The notes beneath the pieces are model-generated. The model searched no databases and had not been told where the DNA came from. It saw only the letters and a program-made list of their open reading frames with translations. Shown here piece after piece: positions 17,341 to 24,914 of a DNA stretch of 25,697 bases (position 1 is its first letter; every line of letters begins with the position of its first letter). Position numbers and translations under genes: made by a program. The stretch is from Myxococcota bacterium (GTDB taxonomy: Bacteria; Myxococcota; UBA4151). The stretch is from NCBI GenBank assembly GCA_036338695.1, contig JAYZBQ010000079.1:1-25697 (forward strand), given 5' to 3'.

Positions 17341-20300
17341 GCGACGAGACCCCGGCACCGCTCGATCCCGAGCTGACCGCTTACGGTGCGCTTACAGAAG
17401 GCATGGATCCGGCGGCGATTCAAGACCCTGAGATCCGCTCCATCCTCACGGACCGATCGAAGGACCTCGCTGACATCATGCGGGGCGAGTCGGCCGAGCA
17501 GGTTATAGACGGCCGCCGCTACGTCCATGTCTACGACCCGAACGCGGAGCAGGTGGGCTGGATCTCATGGGAGGATTATGACGCACGTCCGGGCGCATAT
17601 CTTCGGGCGGACCAGAGCGCTGCGGTAGGCCAGCAGGTGGCCGAGGCCATCGTTAAGCGGACCGCCCAGGACATTCAAGAACAGCTCGCCACACTCGGAG
17701 GGCTTGAGACCTTCGCGGTATCTACCGCCACCGGAGCGACCGCAGGTAAAGCTCTGGAGTGGTTCGGGGATGACCTGGCCGCTGCGCGCGTTCGAGCGTC
17801 CCGAGACGCCAATCCCAACGCCGCGCTCGCTGGTGACCTGAACGCCGCCATCTCCACTAGCATCATCGGAGGTGCAGCGGTGGGGGGTCTCGCAGCAGGC
17901 GCAGCGCGCGCCGCTACGGCCCTCGGAGCCCAGGCGCTGCCCTCTGGCCTGCTCGGCTATGGAGCGGCGAACCTGCTCAGCCGTGGGCGTCAGATGCAGA
18001 ACTTCCTGACGACCCGAGCCGCAGCCGCAGGCGTCAGCCCTGCGGTGAGCGGCGCTGCTCTGTCTGCGACTCGCTCCGCTTCCACCCTCGCCGCCGAGGG
18101 CGCGCTCGGCGAGATGCAAATGGCGTATGCCCAGGCGGCGATTGACCAGCGCGAGCTCACGAGTGAGGAGATCTGGTCTAGCGCGGGCACGGGGGCGTTC
18201 TGGGGCCTCGGTGCATACACCGTAGGGGCGGCCATGAGGGGAGCTTACAACGTCCCCGGATGGCTGGCTAAGCGCAAGTTCAAGAACGACGCAGGCAAGC
18301 TCGTGAACGGTGCAGAGGCGGCGAACGCGGCCGGTAAGCACTACAGCACCAAGGGCGAGTTCAGCGAGATGATCCGCAACCGGAACAAACCACCGGAGCG
18401 GGGCGGAACGTTCGATGAGTATGGCGAATGGACCACCGGCGCAGGCGGCGACACCGTCCCCGATGTAGTCCTGCGCGAGATGAATGAACCGGGATTCTCT
18501 GCCCGGTATGCAGCCGCGGACGGTACGCCAGCGAGGCGCAGCGCTGCAGCCTACGGCGAGACCGTCGAGCAGATGGGCCACGTGGTCGAGACAGAGGGGC
18601 GGGTGCTGCGCGAGGCCGCAGCCGCGCCCTCGACCACCCAGGCCCATGAGCTCATGAAGGGCATCGAGGGGACGGCGGGCACCGCTCACACGAAGCGCGG
18701 GCAAGCCCTGCTCAAGCATAACGGCGTGGCCGGGCGTGACGTTGACAAGGCGGTCCGGTGGAAGTTCTCTGAAGACACGCTCAATAGAGCTCGTGAGTCC
18801 TTCGCCGAGCAGAAGGCGCGGATCTTTGCAGCGCTCAAGGAAGCGCCCGCAGGGACCGCCCTTGCAAACGCAGCGGATGAGATCCGCAAGCAGCTTGAGG
18901 AGCTTTACCCCACACAGCCCCGAGGCAAGGGTGCGCGTGCTCCTGGCGAGAGCGTCAAGCAACCGAAGAAAAGGCGCGGGCCTTTTGATGGTCCCCAGGA
19001 AGGGTCACGCGTTGCAGCGCGTAACCTCGGCGCAGCCTTCCACGCGTTCGACCAGGCGGGTGAGGCGCTGCGCAAGGTCGCAGGCGCATCCACCGCCGCT
19101 GATGACGTGAGCAAGCAGACCGCATCGAGCCTGCTCGATGGCCTGCGCAAAGCCCAGCTAGGACGCGGGACTGAGCCCGGCGCGTTTGGTTCCTTCGGTG
19201 AGAAGATCAGGACCGAGGTCGCCGCGCTGCAGGAGGTCGAGGGCGCACAGGCCAGGCTCTTCGGCGTGGCAGGCGCAGAGGGTGAGGCCGCTGCAGGGCT
19301 CATCGGGCGAGGCGGTAAGTTTGACCGGGCCAAATGGGATGAGCTCGTGAGCACTGGCGAGAACGGCAGCTTGCAGGACGTGGCGGACGGCCTCGACAGC
19401 TACCGCACCGCGCTGGGCACGTATGCCGAAGCGGCACCCGAGGCAGCGGAGCGCATCGCTCCAGCCCTCAAGCAGCTGAACAAAACCGGCGAAAAGGTTA
19501 TCCCGCAGCTCAAGACTCGCGGCGTGGTCGATGACGCCTACCGGGCGCAGTACCGAAAGCCCACCCCAGTCGGTGAGCCCTCGGGATACCGCGTGACCGT
19601 CAAGAAACTCTATGACGTAGCCCAGGACGTGGCGAGCGGTGACATTCCGACCATGGCAGCGATCGCCATCGACCCGACGCTCGGGGCGATCTATGGCGTA
19701 GGCAAGCGCATCGCCCAATCAGAGACGGCCCGCAGCTTCGTGGTGGGAGCAGTGACCCAGGCAAAGCAGCGGTTCGCTGGAGCCATGGGCCGAGCCTCGC
19801 GAGCCTTCGAGTATGCCAAGCTAGCGAATAAGCCTCACCTGCTCGGCGCAGCGGTCACGCGTGGCACGGGCGCGCCGGACCCCAACGAGATCGATCGCAT
19901 GACCCCGAGCGCGAAGGGCGAGACCTACGCGAAGATCTCCGAGGCGATCCGCGGACAGATGCAGCAAATGGATCTGACGATTGCCCAGCTCGCCCAGGCG
20001 ACCCGCAGCGCTACCGCGCTCGACCCTGGACTCGGCGAGGCGATGCAGCTTCAAGGCGCTCGGGCGCTGACCTACCTTGCCCGCGAGCTCCCGCAGCAGG
20101 TTTACGATCCCATCACAGGGAAAGAGCAGCCCGCAAGCGCGGGCCAGGTTGATTCGTTCCTGCTCACCTATCGGGCGGTCGAGGATCCGCTTGTGCTGCT
20201 CGATGACCTCGGCGCGGGACGCCTGCGCACCGAGACCGCAGAGGCGGTACAGTGGGTGTATCCCAACCTATTTGCAGACATGGCAATCGGCGTTAGCGAG

Positions 20301-20567
20301 CAGATGCAGAAGTCCACGGACGTGCCCTTTACCACGCGGATACAGGTCGGGCTTATGATGGGCATACCGGGCGATAACCTGATGACCGGCCCCGCGCTGC
20401 TGAGCTTCCAGCAGAACTACGCTGGGGCGCAGACACCCGAGCAAGCCCAGGCGCTCGGGCTCAACGAACGTCGAGCGGCGCAGGCTGCGGCACGCATGCC
20501 CGCAGCCTCGCGCAGCAGCTCAGGTAGATATCAGACCATCAGTGATCGATTGGAGGCGGACGCATGA
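17337..20567 (+). CDS. Large putative DNA-ejection/internal virion protein, 1076 aa
   Basis: GTGA overlap. A/G-rich helical protein with several Gly/Ala hydrophobic stretches. Last large gene of the morphogenesis module (P22 gp16/T7 gp16 position). Confidence 0.62.
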   Translation: MSDETPAPLDPELTAYGALTEGMDPAAIQDPEIRSILTDRSKDLADIMRGESAEQVIDGRRYVHVYDPNAEQVGWISWEDYDARPGAYLRADQSAAVGQQVAEAIVKRTAQDIQEQLATLGGLETFAVSTATGATAGKALEWFGDDLAAARVRASRDANPNAALAGDLNAAISTSIIGGAAVGGLAAGAARAATALGAQALPSGLLGYGAANLLSRGRQMQNFLTTRAAAAGVSPAVSGAALSATRSASTLAAEGALGEMQMAYAQAAIDQRELTSEEIWSSAGTGAFWGLGAYTVGAAMRGAYNVPGWLAKRKFKNDAGKLVNGAEAANAAGKHYSTKGEFSEMIRNRNKPPERGGTFDEYGEWTTGAGGDTVPDVVLREMNEPGFSARYAAADGTPARRSAAAYGETVEQMGHVVETEGRVLREAAAAPSTTQAHELMKGIEGTAGTAHTKRGQALLKHNGVAGRDVDKAVRWKFSEDTLNRARESFAEQKARIFAALKEAPAGTALANAADEIRKQLEELYPTQPRGKGARAPGESVKQPKKRRGPFDGPQEGSRVAARNLGAAFHAFDQAGEALRKVAGASTAADDVSKQTASSLLDGLRKAQLGRGTEPGAFGSFGEKIRTEVAALQEVEGAQARLFGVAGAEGEAAAGLIGRGGKFDRAKWDELVSTGENGSLQDVADGLDSYRTALGTYAEAAPEAAERIAPALKQLNKTGEKVIPQLKTRGVVDDAYRAQYRKPTPVGEPSGYRVTVKKLYDVAQDVASGDIPTMAAIAIDPTLGAIYGVGKRIAQSETARSFVVGAVTQAKQRFAGAMGRASRAFEYAKLANKPHLLGAAVTRGTGAPDPNEIDRMTPSAKGETYAKISEAIRGQMQQMDLTIAQLAQATRSATALDPGLGEAMQLQGARALTYLARELPQQVYDPITGKEQPASAGQVDSFLLTYRAVEDPLVLLDDLGAGRLRTETAEAVQWVYPNLFADMAIGVSEQMQKSTDVPFTTRIQVGLMMGIPGDNLMTGPALLSFQQNYAGAQTPEQAQALGLNERRAAQAAARMPAASRSSSGRYQTISDRLEADA

Positions 20568-21052
20568 GCAGCGCAAACGTAGACAAGGCCCAGCAAATCA
20601 GACCGCCCATAGCGATGTACTCGCTAGAGTGTGAGGCGCAGGTAAACGTCTTTTACATTCCGGGCGCACCCATGGATATAACGGGCCAGCCCCCGGATGG
20701 GGCGCACACCATGCTGACGAATTTCATCAGCATTCAATCGGTCGGTGCGCCGGTGCTGAATGGGGCATGGGTGCGGTTCTTCGGGTCGCGCACCGAGCCG
20801 GTGAGCCCGCAGCTCGCAGGCGACCCCGGATTCATCGACCCTTTGAGTACGGGCGTCACGCTGCCAGGGCCCAACCCGGTCCCCGATCCCGAAGCTCCGC
20901 TTTACATTCCAGGCGGCACCACCGTGCGCTTCGACCTCTCGCAGCTCTTTGTCCATGGCGAGGGAAACGCCCGCATCCCCATCCAGTATATGTCCTACGT
21001 CCAGAACACTGGCCCGAGCGCGCTGCGCATCTGGCGGAGCTCGGGGCGATGA
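20564..21052 (+). CDS. Hypothetical Pro-rich beta protein, 162 aa (possibly virion-associated)
   Basis: GGAGG SD, ATGA overlaps at both ends. Confidence 0.65.
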   Translation: MSSANVDKAQQIRPPIAMYSLECEAQVNVFYIPGAPMDITGQPPDGAHTMLTNFISIQSVGAPVLNGAWVRFFGSRTEPVSPQLAGDPGFIDPLSTGVTLPGPNPVPDPEAPLYIPGGTTVRFDLSQLFVHGEGNARIPIQYMSYVQNTGPSALRIWRSSGR

Positions 21053-21282
21053 GCTGGCTGCTCAATCACTGGGGTGAGCTCGTGGCCGCAGCGGGCGCGC
21101 TCGTGGCTGCGGCGAGCTTCATCACCAGGCTGACGCCCACCCCAAAAGACGACGCCGCGCTGCTGAAGATCCAGCAGACGCTAGCGCGGCTGAGCGTCCT
21201 GCAGCCACTGGACAGCCACCGCAAGCTCAAGCTCCCGCTGACCCGGCCGAACCAGCCGCCGCACCCGGACGACCTGCCCTAG
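21049..21282 (+). CDS. Putative holin-like membrane protein, 77 aa (start revised from 20767)
   Basis: ATG 21049 overlaps the previous stop. MSWLLNHWGELVAAAGALVAAASFITRLTPTPKDDAALL...: one hydrophobic helix followed by the TPTPKDD motif seen in small phage holin-like proteins. End of the late operon. Confidence 0.6.
   Translation: MSWLLNHWGELVAAAGALVAAASFITRLTPTPKDDAALLKIQQTLARLSVLQPLDSHRKLKLPLTRPNQPPHPDDLP
21141..21190 (+). promoter_or_regulatory. Candidate programmed -1 ribosomal frameshift signal
   Basis: In-frame heptamer C_CCA_AAA (21141-21147), spacer GACGAC, stem GCCGCGCT (21154-21161)/AGCGCGGC (21183-21190). The -1 frame is open from 21078 to 21884. Confidence 0.5.
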
Positions 21283-21287
21283 CCTTC

Positions 21288-21884
21288 GTGAGGGGCACCA
21301 ATAGCCCAGGCAAAAAAGATGCGAGCGGCGCATTCATCCCGGAGGCGCATCGATGGTGCGAGATGAACAATGGTCACGCCGTGCTGCTCGACCCCGAGTC
21401 GCGCAGCAAAGGCCAGCTTCGTGATCTGGTGCTGGCCGAGCTCTGGAGCCGCGAGAACCGCCAGGCGTCACAGCTGGCCTTCTTCTGCCACGGCTGGCGC
21501 TCGGGCATTGAGCTGGGCTTCACGGGTAAGACGGGCGCGGAGTGTCTGGCCGAGGGGATCAAGAGCTGCACCGACCGCGCCACCATCATCCTCTATTGCT
21601 GCTCGACGGGCCAATGGTTCGCCCGAGAGCTAGCAGCCCACCTCGGGCCCCGCTTCGACGTCTGGAGCCACACGAGCAGGGGTCACACCACGCGTAACCC
21701 GCAGCTCGTGTTCTCCCGCGGCATTCAGACCGAGGACGTGTGGGCCGGGCTCACGGATCGTCAGCGTCGCCAGCTTCGGGAGTTGATGACGAGTCAGTAT
21801 CGTTTGATGCTGGGTGACCAGACTCCGCCGCTACTATCTGAAATTCTGGATCGAGAGCCTTCTGGTACTCCTGAATTATCCTGA
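21288..21884 (+). CDS. Putative His-Cys peptidase (caspase/clan CD-like fold); true N-terminus probably upstream of GTG 21288
   Basis: LAFFCHG and IILYCCS strand-dyad motifs about 38 aa apart, typical of caspase-hemoglobinase-fold proteases. No clear SD before the GTG. Confidence 0.55.
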   Translation: MRGTNSPGKKDASGAFIPEAHRWCEMNNGHAVLLDPESRSKGQLRDLVLAELWSRENRQASQLAFFCHGWRSGIELGFTGKTGAECLAEGIKSCTDRATIILYCCSTGQWFARELAAHLGPRFDVWSHTSRGHTTRNPQLVFSRGIQTEDVWAGLTDRQRRQLRELMTSQYRLMLGDQTPPLLSEILDREPSGTPELS

Positions 21885-22209
21885 CCAGATGAATGAACCG
21901 CTCCAGGCTCATCGTCGCCAGCCACACGCTCCGATCCTTGCGTGACACCACCAGCGGCGGCCTCCCGTCGGTCTCGCTCGTGGCCTGCTCGAACGCCCCT
22001 TGAATGTTCGGCCGCGCTCCTCGCTTGACCTCGACCCACCATGGCGTGTGCTCGACGTCGCAGGCATTCGAGCCGCGTCCGTACTGCGTCTGGAGCAGCC
22101 CGCCCCGGGCTGCGTGCGGGTAAACAGGCTTGAGCTCATTGGCAACGTCGCGCTCGCCCTGAGCGCCCTTCTGGCGGCTCCTGCGTCCTACTTTAGCGTG
22201 GTCGGTCAT
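21751..22209 (-). CDS. PD-(D/E)XK nuclease, putative Holliday junction resolvase (Hjc-like), 152 aa (start revised from 22254)
   Basis: SRQKGAQGERDVA...CDV...WVEVK...EQA...PLVVSRKDRSVW motifs. AAGGA SD upstream of ATG 22209, overlapping the helicase 3' end. Confidence 0.78.
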   Translation of the reverse strand: MTDHAKVGRRSRQKGAQGERDVANELKPVYPHAARGGLLQTQYGRGSNACDVEHTPWWVEVKRGARPNIQGAFEQATSETDGRPPLVVSRKDRSVWLATMSLERFIHLVRIIQEYQKALDPEFQIVAAESGHPASNDTDSSSTPEAGDADDP

Positions 22210-23047
22210 CGCTGTATTCCTTGGGTGAGAGGCCATACCCACACTCTGACTCATGTACGAGGTTCGCCCCCGAGCGAACGAAGCGGTCGCAGGTCCCTAC
22301 CCCACCCCAGATGTTCTTGGCGAGCTTGACGCTGATCACCTGCGTGTCTTCTCTCAGCTCATCGGGCGCAGTCCAGGCCATGAGCGCAAAGCGCGCCTCG
22401 ACCTCAATGGAACTCGACTCGCTCGGCGACTGCAGTGATGGCTCCCCTCGCTGGCTGGAGCGGTTGAGCTGGGTGACAGCGATCACAGCGACCTGCTCAT
22501 CGACTGCGCAGCGCTGCAGGCCAGCCCAGAGCCGCTGTATGTCGCTGCGTCGGTCCGCTCCGGGGTCTGATCGAACCTTGGTGAGATAGTCCAAAATGAT
22601 CACCTTGCACCCGGCCTGCGCCAGGCGACGACAGCAGACCAGCGCCTCCTCCTGGGTGGCATCGGTCGGACACTCGAACAACGGAAACTGACGATCGAGC
22701 AGCTCGCTCACCGAGCTGTCGAGCTCCAGTCCCATCGTCCCGCGCAGCAACCGCCGCGAGTCGATCCGCGCTGCCATGGCCACGGCCCGCAGCCCGAGCT
22801 GAGCCGCGTTGTCTTCGAGGCTCACGACGCCCCATTGGTCGTCAGAGTTCAGGGCCATGTGCATGGCCAGCGTGGATTTGCAGGAGCCTGTTCCGCCTCC
22901 GAGGATGCCCACCGTCCCGGGCTGAATGCCCGCTCCTCCCATCGCTCGATCAATCTCGGGCAAGCCCAGCTTCATCCATTGAGGTGGATTCGGCTGGAGC
23001 AATCCCGAGCCCATGGCCTCATGTACGAGGTCGGCTAATGTCTGCAT
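22193..23047 (-). CDS. DnaB-like (SF4) helicase ATPase domain, divergent (likely start 23047; alternative 23077)
   Basis: GLPEIDRAMGG..PG, Walker A GGTGSCKST, VSLED, Walker B IILDYL, TQLNR, SSSIEVEA. AAGGGGG SD upstream of ATG 23047. Confidence 0.8.
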   Translation of the reverse strand: MQTLADLVHEAMGSGLLQPNPPQWMKLGLPEIDRAMGGAGIQPGTVGILGGGTGSCKSTLAMHMALNSDDQWGVVSLEDNAAQLGLRAVAMAARIDSRRLLRGTMGLELDSSVSELLDRQFPLFECPTDATQEEALVCCRRLAQAGCKVIILDYLTKVRSDPGADRRSDIQRLWAGLQRCAVDEQVAVIAVTQLNRSSQRGEPSLQSPSESSSIEVEARFALMAWTAPDELREDTQVISVKLAKNIWGGVGTCDRFVRSGANLVHESECGYGLSPKEYSDDRPR

Positions 23048-23074
23048 TACGATTTTCCCCCTTGCTGTAATGGC

Positions 23075-23102
23075 CATATATGTATATCACTCTGGCTGTC
23101 AA
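23075..23102 (-). promoter_or_regulatory. Candidate sigma70-type promoter in the divergent AT-rich control region
   Basis: Perfect TTGACA on the - strand (23102-23097), 16-nt spacer, TATATG (23080-23075). AT-rich island in a high-GC genome between divergent genes. Confidence 0.45.
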
Positions 23103-23125
23103 CACATGAGCAACGAGGGGGCACC

Positions 23126-23986
23126 ATGAGTGATGGGATGGAGCGGGTCGGGATTGACCCCATGGCGGGCGTGGACCCGCAGGCGTGCCTATACGCAGGC
23201 GACGCGGGCGAGGACACCGAGGCGTGGAAGGCCCGCCGCTGGGAGAACCTGACAGCCTCGTGGGCGTCTGCGCTGCTGGGTCAATGCCAGTACCACCGCC
23301 GCGACGCAGCCGACTGGGGACTCAGTGAGCGGGCCGCGCTGCTGCGCAAATTTCGAGAGCGCCAGGAGCTGGCGGTAAACACGGCGATGGCTTGGGGCTC
23401 ACGCTGTGAGCCGCGCATTCTCGCGGATGCGGGTCACATCATCGGGGTGCCGATGGTCCGCGTGAATCACATGTATGAGTCGCTGGTCTATCCACGCATG
23501 GGAGCGACCATCGACGGCTGGTGTCTGCCCGATCCCATGTGGGAGATCGAGGCTCACCCGGAGTTTCTCGACGGTCGTGACGAGCGCGACACGGGGTGGT
23601 TAGCGCCGCTGCGCCGCGAGGTCTACCGCCTCGGTCAGGAATACGGTCCGGGGCTCGTCGAGGTCAAAATGAAGCGCCAGCGGGCGATATTCAAACCGAA
23701 GGGCGGCGAGCGAGATCCGAAGATGTTGTTCGAGCGCGGACCCGAGGCGCATCACGAGACATGGGGCATCCCGTATCAGCATGCGTATCAGGTACAGATG
23801 CAGCTCGCGGTGCTCGGCTCCAGGCGCGCTGGCCCGCAGTGGTCGATGCTCGTGACCAACATCGGCGGCATGGACCTTCGAGCGTGGGTCTGCATGCGTG
23901 ACCATGACTTCTGCGACTACCTCGGTGAGCAGGTGGCGCAGTTCTGGGAGGAGTTCGATGGCGTACGTGACGATATACATCCCTGA
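23126..23986 (+). CDS. YqaJ/lambda-exonuclease family viral recombination nuclease, 286 aa
   Basis: W...R...LTAS, AMAWG..CEP, GATIDG, LVEVK, IPY..AYQVQMQLAV motifs. GAGGGG SD. Confidence 0.85.
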   Translation: MSDGMERVGIDPMAGVDPQACLYAGDAGEDTEAWKARRWENLTASWASALLGQCQYHRRDAADWGLSERAALLRKFRERQELAVNTAMAWGSRCEPRILADAGHIIGVPMVRVNHMYESLVYPRMGATIDGWCLPDPMWEIEAHPEFLDGRDERDTGWLAPLRREVYRLGQEYGPGLVEVKMKRQRAIFKPKGGERDPKMLFERGPEAHHETWGIPYQHAYQVQMQLAVLGSRRAGPQWSMLVTNIGGMDLRAWVCMRDHDFCDYLGEQVAQFWEEFDGVRDDIHP

Positions 23987-24188
23987 CGATCACCGTAAGC
24001 GGATGCGCCGCATCGCCCAGGTCGACCCGGGCGTGAACTTCTCCCGCGCAGCGGCCGCGGGAATCAAACGGGTACTGACCCTGGCTGAGAAACGCCATGG
24101 ACTAGGAGGCGATGAGAATGACACCAGAGCAACGACGGAAGAAAGCGGCGGAGATATGGAAAACCCTGTCGGGGATCGACGTCAGTAA
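23958..24188 (+). CDS. Putative ribbon-helix-helix DNA-binding protein, 76 aa (start revised from 23898)
   Basis: GGAGGAG SD before ATG 23958. MAYVTIYIPDDHRKRMRRIA...VNFSRAAAAGIKRVL matches the strand-helix-turn-S-helix RHH pattern. Confidence 0.65.
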   Translation: MAYVTIYIPDDHRKRMRRIAQVDPGVNFSRAAAAGIKRVLTLAEKRHGLGGDENDTRATTEESGGDMENPVGDRRQ

Positions 24189-24864
24189 GCGCGTCCAGAA
24201 GCGTAACGGGCTCTCGTATCTGAGCTGGGCGTGGGCGTGGGGCGTGCTGATGGAGCACTACCCCGACGCGCTGCTCACCTATGAGCGGTTCGGCGAGCGC
24301 GATGTGATGACGTACGAGGATGGGACCTGCGCTGTCTTCTGCTCGATTGAGATCGAAGGACTCCGCCGCGAGATGTCGCTGCCGGTCATGGACCATCGAC
24401 ACAAGGCGGTCTCGCAGCCGACCGCCCGCCAGATCAATGACTGTCGTCAGCGAGCCATGACCAAGTGTTTGGCCCTCTTTGGCCTCGGCCACTACATCTA
24501 TGCTGGGGAGGACGTGCCTCCGCAGGACACGCCAGAGACCGCACCAGCGACGCCCAGGCCGGGCGTGGGCACCAAGCCCACACGCCCGGTCAACGGGGGC
24601 TCAAAGGCTGCTCCCGTCGACGCCAGGCACAAAGCGCTGGCCGACTCCATCGCATCGAAGCGCACGCTTGCCGAGCTCTATGGAGACGACATCCTCAAGG
24701 GGGCGATCAAGAGCCTGCAGGATGATTTGTCCGGCAGCTATGGCCAGCTCATGAGCGCATGGGTAGCGCGTGAGAAGGCGCTCGGGGGCGGCGCACACAC
24801 CCGCCCGACGGCCGCCCAGGCGGAGCCCGAGGCGTACACCATCCAGGACACCAGTCGTTCCTGA
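24118..24864 (+). CDS. sak: Sak/Rad52-like single-strand annealing protein (DUF1071 family); alternative start 24112
   Basis: LSYLSWAWAW, LPVMD, IN...QRAMTKCLALFGLGHYIYAGED motifs. AGGAGG SD 8 nt upstream of ATG 24118. Confidence 0.88.
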   Translation: MTPEQRRKKAAEIWKTLSGIDVSKRVQKRNGLSYLSWAWAWGVLMEHYPDALLTYERFGERDVMTYEDGTCAVFCSIEIEGLRREMSLPVMDHRHKAVSQPTARQINDCRQRAMTKCLALFGLGHYIYAGEDVPPQDTPETAPATPRPGVGTKPTRPVNGGSKAAPVDARHKALADSIASKRTLAELYGDDILKGAIKSLQDDLSGSYGQLMSAWVAREKALGGGAHTRPTAAQAEPEAYTIQDTSRS

Positions 24865-24878
24865 GCCACGGTGGCTCA
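24862..24878. repeat. Perfect 17-bp palindrome (operator-like)
   Basis: TGAGCCAC-G-GTGGCTCA overlapping the sak stop and extending into the intergenic gap. Confidence 0.6.
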
Positions 24879-24914
24879 CGGTCCACGTAGTAGCGAGTAA
24901 CGAAAGGCAGAACA

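Noticed and set aside
17565..18962. 465-aa antisense ORF, and other long shadow ORFs such as 10139-11017, 15737-16825, 3307-3927 and 1573-2136
   Set aside because: They lie wholly within well-supported + strand genes and show no motifs. Long stop-free alternative frames are expected at this GC content.
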